This document shows positions 46,128 through 55,287 of a stretch of DNA of 64,000 nucleotides, in pieces. The translations under genes were made by a program, and so were the position numbers. The stretch comes from Chloroflexota bacterium. GTDB taxonomy: Bacteria > Chloroflexota > UBA6077 > CF-72. Under the pieces are notes generated by a model. The model was given only the letters and a program-made list of their open reading frames with translations. It searched no databases and was not told where the DNA came from. The stretch is from contig JACPOP010000015.1 of assembly GCA_016191465.1 (NCBI GenBank), positions 210,261 through 274,260 on the forward strand. The letters run 5' to 3'. The stretch's first letter is position 1; every line of letters begins with the position of its first letter.

Positions 46128-47279
46128 ATGGCACGAGGCGAGCGCGTTCTGGTGACGGGAGGTGCAGGGTTTGTCGGGTCGCACCTTGCCGACGCCCTGT
46201 TAGCGTCCGGGCACGAGGTGACGCTGTTCGACAACCTGGAGCCGCAGGTCCACGGGCAGGTCGAAGACGGCGGCCGTCCTCCCTACCTAACGGCAGAGGT
46301 GCGTCTGGTCCGCGGCGACATCCGCGATCAGGACGCGGTCCGGGCAGCGCTCCGCGCGGCGCGCCCGGACGTGGTGTTCCACCTGGCCGCGATGGTCGGC
46401 GTGGGCCAGAGCATGTACCAGATCGTGCGCTACACCGAGGTCAACGCGCTTGGCGCCGCCAACCTCCTGGAATGCCTGGTCGAGGAGCGGGGCGCGGTCC
46501 GCAAGGTGGTCGTTGCGTCCTCCATGTCCATCTACGGCGAAGGGGCGTACGACTGCCCGTCATGTGGAGCGGTAGCACCCCGATTACGACCGCGGGCGCA
46601 GCTTGAGCAGAAGCAGTGGGAGCTTCTCTGCCCGGACTGCGGTCGAGTCCTGACGCCGCGCGCCACGGCCGAGGAGAAGCCGCTGTACCCGACTTCGATC
46701 TACGCCATCAACAAGCGCGACCACGAGGAGATGGTGCTGGCCTTCGGCGACGCGTACGCCGTGCCCTCCGTAGCGCTCCGCTTCTTCAACATCTACGGTT
46801 CGCGCCAGGCGCTCACGAACCCGTACACCGGGGTCGCGGCGATCTTTTCCGGCCGCATGCTCGGCAACCAGCGGCCGATCGTGTTCGAGGACGGCGGCCA
46901 GCTCCGCGACTTCGTGCACGTGCGCGACATCGTCCAGGGCTGCCTGCTGGCAATGGACCGGCCGGAGGCCGACGGCTCGGTCGTGAACGTGGGCTCCGGC
47001 CGCCCGGTGAGGGTGCTCGACGTTGGTGAGATCCTGGCCAGAGAGCTTGGCTGGGAAGGCGGTTTCGAGGTCACCGGCCAGTTCCGCGCCGGCGATATCC
47101 GCCACTGCTTCGCGGACATCACGCGGATTCGGACCAGCCTCGGCTACGAGCCGACCGTCACCTTCGAGCAGGGCGTCGCCGAGCTTGTCCGCTGGGTGGC
47201 CGAGCAGCGCGGCAGCGCCCTGCACAACGACGCCTCGGCTGCCACGCGGGAGCTCGCGGCGCGAGGTCTGGTGCGCTGA
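46128..47279 (+). CDS. NAD-dependent epimerase/dehydratase (extended SDR) with inserted zinc ribbon
   Basis: AAGGAG SD, VLVTGGAGFVGSHL, SSMSIYG, YAINK (YxxxK). A CPSCG...CPDCG insertion sits between the Ser and Tyr motifs. Confidence 0.88.
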   Translation: MARGERVLVTGGAGFVGSHLADALLASGHEVTLFDNLEPQVHGQVEDGGRPPYLTAEVRLVRGDIRDQDAVRAALRAARPDVVFHLAAMVGVGQSMYQIVRYTEVNALGAANLLECLVEERGAVRKVVVASSMSIYGEGAYDCPSCGAVAPRLRPRAQLEQKQWELLCPDCGRVLTPRATAEEKPLYPTSIYAINKRDHEEMVLAFGDAYAVPSVALRFFNIYGSRQALTNPYTGVAAIFSGRMLGNQRPIVFEDGGQLRDFVHVRDIVQGCLLAMDRPEADGSVVNVGSGRPVRVLDVGEILARELGWEGGFEVTGQFRAGDIRHCFADITRIRTSLGYEPTVTFEQGVAELVRWVAEQRGSALHNDASAATRELAARGLVR

Positions 47280-47472
47280 GCGCGACCACGCGGCGCGTCG
47301 AAAAGGCCCTCGGCGCGCCCGCCCTGGACGGCTCCCCGGCCTGCCCGGCGTGTGGTCAGACACGCGCCAGCAGGGCGCCATAGGCTGCCGCGGCGCGGGC
47401 TGCTACATGCGCTGCCTTCGGGGCAGAAAGAAGGCCACTCCTGCGATGGGGAATGGCCCGTTCGGGGTGGGG

Positions 47473-47547
47473 TGGAGCGGAAGACGAGATTCGAACTCGC
47501 GACCCTCTGCTTGGGAAGCAGATGCGCTACCGCTGCGCCACTTCCGC
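47473..47547 (-). tRNA. tRNA-Gly (anticodon CCC), CCA encoded
   Basis: Reverse complement GCGGAAGTGGCGCAGCGGTAGCGCATCTGCTTCCCAAGCAGAGGGTCGCGAGTTCGAATCTCGTCTTCCGCTCCA folds as a cloverleaf. 7-bp acceptor, anticodon loop TTCCCAA, T-loop TTCGAAT, discriminator U. Confidence 0.93.
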
Positions 47548-47650
47548 GAGTCAGCCAGCCACGGTGCTGGCGACCGACGCCTGGATCATACCGGGACCAA
47601 ATCGATGCCGCAACGCCACCCGCCCACCAGGCTGCCGTGGCAGCCACCTT

Positions 47651-48202
47651 TCAGTCGGGGCGGCGGGCCACGATCACCTGGGCCGGACGCAGAATTCGTT
47701 CGCCGCGGCGGTAACCGGAGCGAACGACCTGGACCACGGTGCCCTCGTCCGCGTCAGCGGTCGGCTGATGCGCCAGCGCCTCGTGCTCCCAGGGGTTGAA
47801 CTCCGTGCCTAGCGCCTCGATGGGTTGTACGTCCTCGGAAGCGAGCAGCGCCCGCAGGTTCCGCTCGATCAGCAGGACCCCTTTGCCCCACGGCGACTCC
47901 AGCTCGTCCGGCTGGGCCTGGCTCAGCGCTCGCGCCAGGTCATCGACAATCGGGAGCAGACGCAGCACCAGGTCTCTGTTTGCATCGAGGGCACGTTGCG
48001 ACCGTTCCTCGTCCATCCGACGACGGAAGTTCGTGAAGTCTGCCCGCGCTCGTTTCAGCAGGTCCAGGTACTCATCGCGCTTGGACTCAGCCTCGGCGAG
48101 CCGCGACTCCAGGGAAGCCTCGGCTGGCTCCGGGGTGCTTTCCTCCGTCGCCGTCGGACTCTGTTCGGGTTCTGATCCGGTCTCCTCGTGAGGGTGAGAC
48201 AT
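47651..48202 (-). CDS. grpE: Nucleotide exchange factor GrpE
   Basis: YLDLLKRARADFTNFRRRMDEE...LLPIVDDLARAL...G...GYRRGERILRPAQVIV. ATG 48202. Confidence 0.93.
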   Translation of the reverse strand: MSHPHEETGSEPEQSPTATEESTPEPAEASLESRLAEAESKRDEYLDLLKRARADFTNFRRRMDEERSQRALDANRDLVLRLLPIVDDLARALSQAQPDELESPWGKGVLLIERNLRALLASEDVQPIEALGTEFNPWEHEALAHQPTADADEGTVVQVVRSGYRRGERILRPAQVIVARRPD

Positions 48203-48238
48203 AGGGTTCTCCGTGCTTCTCACAGGAAGCGCTACACT

Positions 48239-48259
48239 CTTGATAGTGGATGTATCAAT
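48239..48259. promoter_or_regulatory. HAIR-like inverted repeat (candidate HspR operator)
   Basis: CTTGATA-GTGGATG-TATCAAT: TTGATA/TATCAA arms with an N7 spacer, as in HAIR (CTTGAGT-N7-ACTCAAG). Lies in the grpE/hspR divergent intergenic region. Confidence 0.55.
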
Positions 48260-48375
48260 GGACGCGGGAGGCGCGTACACACTTCCCAAAGGCCCACTCT
48301 GCCATGTTCCTGGGCAACATTATATGCCATCCCTCGAAGAAAACCTGCCGCAAGGCGCGTTAAGTCTGTACAGTT

Positions 48376-48747
48376 ATGGCGGAGAGGAGGTTCCGCGAAC
48401 GCGTGAAGGTCTCAGATGCACTCTACGTCATCAGTGTTGCCGCCAGGCTCGTGGATCTCCACCCCACGACGCTCCGCAAGTACGAGCGAGTCGGCTTTCT
48501 CGCGCCCTTGCGCACGCCCGGGCGCACCCGGATGTATTCCTTCGAGGATCTGCGCCGGCTCCGCCAGATCAAGCGCCTGGTGGACGAGCGCGACATGAAC
48601 CTGGCGGGGGTTCAGATGGCGCTCGAGGTGACCCGCGCGTTGCGCGAGATCGACCAGGCGCTCGCCGAAATCTCCGACCTCGACACGATCCGCCATCGCG
48701 TGCGCGCCCCGCTTCAACGAGCGTTTGCCTCGGTCGCCGCCGACTGA
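48376..48747 (+). CDS. hspR: MerR-family heat-shock repressor HspR
   Basis: YVISVAARLVDLHPTTLRKYERVGFLAPLRTPGRTRMYSFEDLRRLRQIKRLV.ERDMNLAGV. Immediately upstream of dnaK. Confidence 0.85.
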   Translation: MAERRFRERVKVSDALYVISVAARLVDLHPTTLRKYERVGFLAPLRTPGRTRMYSFEDLRRLRQIKRLVDERDMNLAGVQMALEVTRALREIDQALAEISDLDTIRHRVRAPLQRAFASVAAD

Positions 48748-48802
48748 GTTCCCCATGAGCTCACACCCACTGACCACGGAAGGCAGGTAGGAAGAAACAA
48801 CT

Positions 48803-50701
48803 ATGGCAAAGGTTTTAGGCATTGACCTCGGCACGACGAACTCCGTCGTCGCAATCATGGAAGCCGGCGAGCCCACCGTGCTCGAGAACTCGGAGGGCAG
48901 CCGCATCACCCCGTCCGTCGTGGCCAGCAACCCGAAGACGGGCGAGCGCCTCGTGGGCCAGGTGGCCCGCCGCCAGGCCGTCACCAACCCAGAGAACACC
49001 ATCTTCAGCGTCAAGCGGTTCATGGGCCGCAAGTTCGAAGACGCGCAGGTCCAGAAGGCCGTCAAGGTGGTCCCCTACAAGGTCTCGCGGGCCAGCAACG
49101 GCGACGTCCGGGTCGGCATGGGCGGCAAGGACTACAGCCCACCCGAGGTCGCGGCGATGATTCTCCAGAAGCTGAAGGCGGATGCCGAGGCCAAGCTGGG
49201 TGAGACCATTACCCAGGCGGTGATTACCGTCCCCGCCTACTTCGACGACAGCCAGCGTCAGGCCACGAAGGATGCTGGCAGGATCGCCGGCCTCGCAGTG
49301 CTGCGCATCCTCAACGAGCCGACTGCCGCGTCCCTGGCCTACGGCAAGGACAAGCAGGGCAAGGACGAGACGATCGCCGTTTACGACCTTGGCGGCGGCA
49401 CGTTCGACATCAGCATCCTGAACGTGGGCGAAGGCGTCTTCGAGGTCAAGGCGACCAATGGCGACACGTTCCTCGGCGGCGACGACTTCGACCAGCGGGT
49501 CATGGACTGGATCGTCGACGAGTTCAAGAAGGACCAGGGCATTGACCTTCGCCAGGACCGGATGGCGCTCCAGCGCCTGAAGGAGTCCGCCGAGAAGGCC
49601 AAGATCGAGCTCTCAAGCACGCAGTCCACCGAGATCAACCTGCCCTTCATCACCGCCGACGCCAGCGGCCCCAAGCACCTGGCGCTGCAGTTGACGCGGG
49701 CGAAGCTGGAGCAACTGGTGGGCGACCTGGTGGAGCGCACCAAGGGCCCCGTGCTGGCGGCGCTCAAGGACGCCGGCCTCACCCCGAAGGACATCGACGA
49801 GGTCGTCCTCGTCGGCGGCCAGACGCGTATGCCGGCCGTGCAGCAGATGGTCAAGGACGTCTTCGGCAAGGAGCCGCATAAGGGCGTCAACCCGGACGAG
49901 GTGGTGGCAATCGGTGCCGCCATCCAGGCTGGCGTGCTGAAGGGCGAGGTCAAGGACATCCTGCTGTTGGACGTCTCGCCGCTCACCCTGGGCGTGGAGA
50001 CCTATGGCGGCGTAATGACCCCGCTGATCACGCGGAACACCACGATCCCGGCATCCAAGGCCGAGACGTTCACCACCGCCTCGGACGGGCAGACCAGCGT
50101 CGAAGTCCACGTGCTGCAGGGGGAACGCCCTATGGCCGTGGAGAACAAGTCGCTCGGCCGCTTCATCCTGGACGGCATCCTGCCCGCCCCGCGCGGCGTG
50201 CCGCAGGTCGAAGTGTCCTTCGACATCGACGCCAACGGCATCCTGAACGTGTCGGCCAAGGACAAGGCCACCGGCAAGGAGCAGAAGATCGTCATCCAGC
50301 CAAGCTCGGGTCTCTCCGATGCGGAGATCCAGAAGATGGTCAAGGATGCCGAAGTGCACGCGGCCGAGGACCAGAAGCGGCGCGAGGAGATTGAGACCCG
50401 CAACCATGCGGACTCCGCGCATTACCAGGCCGAGAAGATGCTGCGCGAACAGGGAGACAAGATCGCTGAGAACCTGCGGGTCGACCTGGCAGCGAAGTCG
50501 TCGGCCGTCAAGCGCGCGCTCGAGGGTACCGATAGCGCGGCCATCAAAACGGCCTACGACGAGCTTCAACAGGCGATGTTTGCCGTCGGCCAGGCGGCCT
50601 ACGGCGGCACCGAGGGAGCCCAGGCGGGGCCAACCACTGGCGCCGGGCCTGGCGGGAAGACGCCCGAGGGCACCGTCGAAGGCGAATATCGCGAGGTGTA
50701 A
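48803..50701 (+). CDS. dnaK: Chaperone DnaK (Hsp70)
   Basis: [27 protein letters not shown]; full-length Hsp70. Confidence 0.98.
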   Translation: MAKVLGIDLGTTNSVVAIMEAGEPTVLENSEGSRITPSVVASNPKTGERLVGQVARRQAVTNPENTIFSVKRFMGRKFEDAQVQKAVKVVPYKVSRASNGDVRVGMGGKDYSPPEVAAMILQKLKADAEAKLGETITQAVITVPAYFDDSQRQATKDAGRIAGLAVLRILNEPTAASLAYGKDKQGKDETIAVYDLGGGTFDISILNVGEGVFEVKATNGDTFLGGDDFDQRVMDWIVDEFKKDQGIDLRQDRMALQRLKESAEKAKIELSSTQSTEINLPFITADASGPKHLALQLTRAKLEQLVGDLVERTKGPVLAALKDAGLTPKDIDEVVLVGGQTRMPAVQQMVKDVFGKEPHKGVNPDEVVAIGAAIQAGVLKGEVKDILLLDVSPLTLGVETYGGVMTPLITRNTTIPASKAETFTTASDGQTSVEVHVLQGERPMAVENKSLGRFILDGILPAPRGVPQVEVSFDIDANGILNVSAKDKATGKEQKIVIQPSSGLSDAEIQKMVKDAEVHAAEDQKRREEIETRNHADSAHYQAEKMLREQGDKIAENLRVDLAAKSSAVKRALEGTDSAAIKTAYDELQQAMFAVGQAAYGGTEGAQAGPTTGAGPGGKTPEGTVEGEYREV

Positions 50702-50751
50702 GCGACCCGTATCGAGGCTGGCGATTCCGCTCGGCCTTCGCACCCAGCGAC

Positions 50752-50790
50752 GAAGGAGGCGCCTCCCTGGAGGCGCCTCCTTCCGCTTTG
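50752..50790 (+). terminator. Rho-independent terminator of dnaK
   Basis: 15-nt arms GAAGGAGGCGCCTCC / GGAGGCGCCTCCTTC, followed by CGCTTTG. Confidence 0.7.
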
Positions 50791-50964
50791 CGGCACAGAA
50801 AATGCGCGGGGCGGGCCAGACCCATCCGGCCCGGGCCCGCGGCATGGTACGAGCGCGTCGCGTGCCGTGGTTGACAGACCTTTAGCGCCACGTTAGCAGC
50901 CCAATCGGATGCACGCACGTCCGAGGCGTTCTACTTGGATGAGGGCAGGCTCACTGCCGTCAAG

Positions 50965-50988
50965 AGGACAGTCAATAGGACAGTCAAT
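50965..50988. promoter_or_regulatory. Perfect 12-bp tandem direct repeat AGGACAGTCAAT x2 upstream of htrA (candidate response-regulator site)
   Basis: 50965-50976 equals 50977-50988, located 44-67 bp upstream of ATG 51032. Confidence 0.45.
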
Positions 50989-51031
50989 CGCGGCCTGGTG
51001 AGGAGAAGGAGCACTCGGAGGATGCAGCAAT

Positions 51032-52360
51032 ATGGGTAACGTTTTCCGCACGGCGAGCATCGCCATTGTCAGCTCATTGAGCACGGCACTCTTGTTTGTG
51101 GCGTGTACCGTCGACACGTCGGGCGGCCAGGGTGCTGCCGGTCCGACCAGCACCGTGCCCGCGCCGAGCGCCCAGACAAGCCAGTCGCCCCAGGCGCAGG
51201 CAACGGCTCCGGGCCAGAGCGCGGTTCGCAGCGCGCCGGCGCTCCCCCAGCCGCAGGTGGCCTCGGCGCGAGCCCAGACGCCCGCGCAAGCGGCCGTCGG
51301 CGTCAACCCGGCAGCCCAGGTATACCGCGACAACGGTGCGTCCGTGGTGAACATCACCAGTATCGCGGTCGTCCGGACCAGACAGGGCCAGAGCACCCAG
51401 CCGCAGGGCATCGGCTCGGGGTCCATCATTGACACCGAGGGCCGCATCATCACCAACAACCACGTTATCCAGGACGCCCAGCAGCTCCAGGTGACCTTCC
51501 AGGACCGAACCACGGTTCCGGCCAAGCTGGTAGGTCGCGACGTCCCCAACGACCTGGCGGTCATCCAGGTAGACCCGAACGCGAACGACGACACGGGGCG
51601 CCCCATTCGCGATCGCCTGAAGCCCGTCCGGATGGGCGATTCGGACAAGGTGGTGATCGGCGAGGACGCCATCGCCATTGGATCACCGCTGGGGCTTCAG
51701 CAGACCGTAACCTCGGGCATTATCTCGGCGCTGAGGAACCCGGGCGAGGAATCCGCGCAGGGCAGTATCGACCTGCTGGGCGGCGCCATTCAGACGGATG
51801 CATCCATCAACCCGGGCAACTCGGGCGGGCCGCTCTTTAACTCGGCCGGCGAGGTCGTGGGTATCAACACCGCCATCCTGTCGCAATCTGGCGGCAACGA
51901 AGGGATTGGCTTTGCCATCCCGATCAATGTCGCCAAGCGGATGATCCCGGAGCTTATCCAGACGGGCAGCTATCGGCACCCGCTGGTGGGCATTACCAGC
52001 ATCGCGCTCTCGTCGCTGGGCCAGGCCACCCGGCAGCAGCTCGGCGTTCCCGAGAATCAACGCGGCTTGCTGGTCCTCGACACAAGCGCGGGCGCGCAGC
52101 AAGCCGGCGTCCGGGGCGGGAGCCGCACGGTGAATGCCGGAGGCGAATCCATTCCCGCCGGCGGTGACATTATCGTCGCCATCGATGGCAAGCCGATGAC
52201 CACCAGCGGTGACTTGCGAGGCTACGTGGAGAACAACAAGCGTCCGGGCGACGCGGTGACCCTGACGGTGCTGCGCGGAGGCCAGCGGCTGGACATCCAG
52301 GTGACCCTGACGGAACGTCCGCCGGAAACTGGAACGCCCACGTCGACGACGGGGCGGTAA
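51032..52360 (+). CDS. htrA: HtrA/DegP-family serine protease with PDZ domain
   Basis: TNNHVI (His), DLAVIQV (Asp), GNSGGPLFN (Ser), and a C-terminal PDZ. N-terminal TM plus a low-complexity linker. Confidence 0.93.
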   Translation: MGNVFRTASIAIVSSLSTALLFVACTVDTSGGQGAAGPTSTVPAPSAQTSQSPQAQATAPGQSAVRSAPALPQPQVASARAQTPAQAAVGVNPAAQVYRDNGASVVNITSIAVVRTRQGQSTQPQGIGSGSIIDTEGRIITNNHVIQDAQQLQVTFQDRTTVPAKLVGRDVPNDLAVIQVDPNANDDTGRPIRDRLKPVRMGDSDKVVIGEDAIAIGSPLGLQQTVTSGIISALRNPGEESAQGSIDLLGGAIQTDASINPGNSGGPLFNSAGEVVGINTAILSQSGGNEGIGFAIPINVAKRMIPELIQTGSYRHPLVGITSIALSSLGQATRQQLGVPENQRGLLVLDTSAGAQQAGVRGGSRTVNAGGESIPAGGDIIVAIDGKPMTTSGDLRGYVENNKRPGDAVTLTVLRGGQRLDIQVTLTERPPETGTPTSTTGR

Positions 52361-52372
52361 ACCGGCATGTAC

Positions 52373-52407
52373 CCGTGGAGCACGCCCCGTCGGGGTGTGC
52401 TCCACGG
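52373..52407 (+). terminator. Strong hairpin after htrA (terminator-like, no U-tract)
   Basis: CCGTGGAGCAC-gccccgtcggggt-GTGCTCCACGG; 11-bp outer stem plus inner GCCCC/GGGGU pairing. Confidence 0.4.
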
Positions 52408-52440
52408 TACACTGGCGCCAGGCTGGAGCCACCCAATCGG

Positions 52441-53337
52441 ATGCCGGCGCACGCGGACTTCGGAGAGCTTGATCTGGGGGGGCCGCGCCTCTACTGGTTG
52501 GACGGGGGCGGCTTTCGTTCTGACGGTGGCGCGCAGTTCGGGCCGGTGCCGCGTCCGAGGTGGGCCGAGGTGTACCCGCCAGCCGACGACAACTCGGTTC
52601 CGCTGACGGCCCACGTGGTGCTGGTTCAGGCGGATGGCCAGTGGGGGCTCATCGATAGCGGCATCGGCCATCACCTCTCGGAGCGCCAGCGGCGCTTTTA
52701 CCGGGTGGAGCGCGAGTCATCCGTAGAGCGCGGCCTGGCCGAGGTGGGGATCACGCACGACCAGTTGGACTGGGTGGCACTGACCCACCTGCACCTGGAT
52801 CACGCCGGCGGTGTGTTGCGGCGCGATGACGGGGGGGAAGTGGCACCGGTGTTTCCGCGCGCGCGGGTGTGGGTGCAGACGCTCGAGGCACGCGAGGCGC
52901 GTGATGAAACGAACCGGGCGCACGCGGTGTACACCGGCGATGCCTTCGACCGACTGGAAGCTTCAGGACTGGTACACGAAATTGAAGGTGAGGCGGCGAT
53001 CAGCGCCAGCATCCGGCTCTTCCTGACGGGCGGGCACTCGCGCGGCCATCAGGGCGTGCTCATCGCAGGCGCGGACGGCTCGGCCCTCCTGCACCTGGGC
53101 GACCTGGTCATCACACGCGGCCACGTCAACCCCGGATGGGTGAGCGCGAACGACGATTTCCCGCTGGACAGCATCCGCGCCAAGCGGCATTGGCTGAGCC
53201 AAGCCGCGCAGCAGGGCTGGTGGGTCGCATTTTCGCACGACGTCGCGTACACGGCCGCCCGTCTCAGCGTCGATGGGCGAGTTGAGGCGCGGCGCGCAGC
53301 GCCGGCAAGAGCTCAGGCAGCGCGTCGCGCTGAGTGA
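52441..53337 (+). CDS. MBL-fold metallo-hydrolase
   Basis: THLHLDHAGG (HxHxDH), GGHSRGH. ATG 52441 chosen (GTG 52375 lies inside the hairpin). Confidence 0.8.
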   Translation: MPAHADFGELDLGGPRLYWLDGGGFRSDGGAQFGPVPRPRWAEVYPPADDNSVPLTAHVVLVQADGQWGLIDSGIGHHLSERQRRFYRVERESSVERGLAEVGITHDQLDWVALTHLHLDHAGGVLRRDDGGEVAPVFPRARVWVQTLEAREARDETNRAHAVYTGDAFDRLEASGLVHEIEGEAAISASIRLFLTGGHSRGHQGVLIAGADGSALLHLGDLVITRGHVNPGWVSANDDFPLDSIRAKRHWLSQAAQQGWWVAFSHDVAYTAARLSVDGRVEARRAAPARAQAARRAE

Positions 53338-53650
53338 GCCACCGGTGAGCGCCCGGGACGTTCGTTGAGACGTAGCGGCGCTCGACGGATCTTGCGACGC
53401 GCCTGGAGGTCAAGCGCGAGGAGCGCCGCGGTCGTCGCATCCTCGTCCAGGATGCCGCTGCGGTAGTTCTGCCACACGGCCCGTCGGGCCGATTCGCGGG
53501 AATTCATTCCGTGCTGCACGTGATGGGCCTTTCAAGCATGTACGGGTCACTCTCCTGAGAGGCAGAGCGCGTTCCCGCGAAGCGGCCCCCGCGTAAGCGC
53601 CCGGTTACAACGTCCCTCGATCCGTTAAAGGGCGGCGACAGTTGGCTCGG

Positions 53651-54052
53651 CTAATCACCGAACTGAATGGGGCTGCCGAAGTCGAACATGTCGAAGTAAT
53701 CGTGCACCACGATGTTGTCCATGCCCACGAGCAACTGGACTTTTGGCTCAATCGTGCCCACGTGTGATTGCTTAACAGGGCACGATTCGCAGGCGCCCTG
53801 GGCGTACACCGTGACGTGGTACTCATCCCCGCGACGCTCCGGCGGCAGGTACGACAGCGATGGCCGCCAGGCCCTGACCTGGTCATCGCCCAGCACTTCG
53901 GAAGCCGCCTGGAGGATCTCGTAGTCAAACTCCTCGGCGCGGATCTGTTCGAGCGCATCGACGATTCGATCGAGCACGGGATCAGCGCTGGGCGGCGTGA
54001 GCGGCAATTCTGGGGGCATCACCGTGGGTATGGCACACATCGTCGGCGGCAT
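53651..54052 (-). CDS. Small protein with Nfu/DUF59-like GACxxCP motif (possible Fe-S assembly relative)
   Basis: HVTVYAQGACESCPVKQSHVGTIEPKVQLLVGMDNIVVHD resembles NifU-C/DUF59 CP motifs. Lies 24 nt downstream of the SH3 gene on the same strand. Confidence 0.3.
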   Translation of the reverse strand: MPPTMCAIPTVMPPELPLTPPSADPVLDRIVDALEQIRAEEFDYEILQAASEVLGDDQVRAWRPSLSYLPPERRGDEYHVTVYAQGACESCPVKQSHVGTIEPKVQLLVGMDNIVVHDYFDMFDFGSPIQFGD

Positions 54053-54076
54053 GCCGACATTCCGGCCGGTCGATGG

Positions 54077-54886
54077 TCAGGCCGGGTCCAGGTACTGGGC
54101 TGGAACCCATCCCTCCTGGCCATTGGCTGCCTGCACACGCACCCAGTCCGCGCCGGAGCGTTCGAGGACCGTGACCTGCGTGCCCTCCAGCAGCCCACGG
54201 GGCATGCGAGCGTTGGGTTCCGGGCTGGAGCGCAGGACGACGCCCACGCCATCCGTTCGGACGACGCGCATGGTGGAGGGAGGAGCGGTCGCGGGACTGG
54301 CGGTGCGTGCCGAGGGCGTTGCGGATGCCCCGGCAACCGTGATGCTGCCGGTGCCCGGCTGGGCGGTGCCGTCGAGTACGACGCTGGATTCGGGGATCCA
54401 GCCCACAATGCCGTTGAGACCGCGCACTGATCGCCACGTTTCTGCGCCAACGCGAATGACGCCATTGGGACTCAGCAGCACCGCGCTACCATCGGGCAAC
54501 ACGGGGTCGGACGGTGTCGTGAGGTTCACGGCCTTGCGAACCTGAACACCCTGTCCGGTGCGCACGACGCCGGTCTGCCAGAGGGAGCCGGCGGCTGCCG
54601 AGGGCGGAGGTGGCGCTGCCACGACGGGCGCGGCTGTTGGGACGACCGCTGGCTCGAGTTTCGGCAACGCCGTGGGCAGTGGCGTGGGAACGGCCCTGGC
54701 GCTGTCATAGCCGCGCGCGGGGCGAACTTCGCCTGGTACGCGGGTGTCGAACACACGGGTCACAGACGGTGTAAGCCACGCATCCAGGGCGGAGCTGGCC
54801 TGCACGAATCCTCCGGAAACGGCGAACGGCACCGCAAGCATGGCGGCGCCTGCCCCGAGACCAATGAAGAATTGTGAAGCGGCCAT
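54077..54886 (-). CDS. Membrane-anchored protein with two SH3-like domains and a Pro/Ala linker
   Basis: TM FFIGLGAGAAMLAVPFAV; SH3b-like WRSVRGLNGIVGWIPESSV and VLERSGADWVRVQAANGQEGWVPAQYL. Confidence 0.6.
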   Translation of the reverse strand: MAASQFFIGLGAGAAMLAVPFAVSGGFVQASSALDAWLTPSVTRVFDTRVPGEVRPARGYDSARAVPTPLPTALPKLEPAVVPTAAPVVAAPPPPSAAAGSLWQTGVVRTGQGVQVRKAVNLTTPSDPVLPDGSAVLLSPNGVIRVGAETWRSVRGLNGIVGWIPESSVVLDGTAQPGTGSITVAGASATPSARTASPATAPPSTMRVVRTDGVGVVLRSSPEPNARMPRGLLEGTQVTVLERSGADWVRVQAANGQEGWVPAQYLDPA

Positions 54887-55002
54887 GGTTTCTGGGTATC
54901 CCCCGGTCAATCCGGCTTACTCGCGCCGTCTCGCGCGTTACGCCGAGAGCTAATTCAAGTCCCGTGCCACCTGAGAGCTCCGACTCATGGTGCGTTACCC
55001 GG

Positions 55003-55180
55003 ATGCTGGCGCTGGACCCGGTACACGGCGGCCGTGATGGTGCGATGCGAACGAGGACAAGGCTGGAGTTTCGCCAGGGCCACCTGCCGTCTGCCCGCTG
55101 GGTACCGCCCGGTGGCGCCGTGAACGTGCTGGCGGAGCTGCCACGGGACCGGCCCGTGGTGGCGTACTGCATGTACACTG
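55003..55180 (+). pseudogene. Rhodanese-like remnant (no in-frame stop before it runs antisense into the next gene)
   Basis: RTRTRLEFRQGHLPSARWVP...LPRDRPVVAYCMY resembles rhodanese (VR..EF..GHIPGA...P.VVYC), but the CRxGxR active-site loop and C-terminus are missing. Confidence 0.25.
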
Positions 55181-55287
55181 ACGAGGCCGCGCGGGTGGTG
55201 CAGGACCCTAACGGGCGAGCGGGTCGTCAGGACCCGACCACCATACGGGGAGACGACGACGGGCGACGGGGAGGCGGTGTGGCCGCG

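Noticed and set aside
50893-51678. 261-aa minus-strand ORF spanning the htrA promoter and 5' end
   Set aside because: It is antisense to htrA. Its apparent IDCPIDCP repeat is just the translation of the 12-bp tandem DNA repeat. No domain signature.
53313-53519. 68-aa ORF (-) overlapping the 3' end of the MBL hydrolase gene
   Set aside because: No motif, no SD, overlaps a convergent real gene by 25 bp, and its composition looks like a shadow frame. Not reported as a feature.
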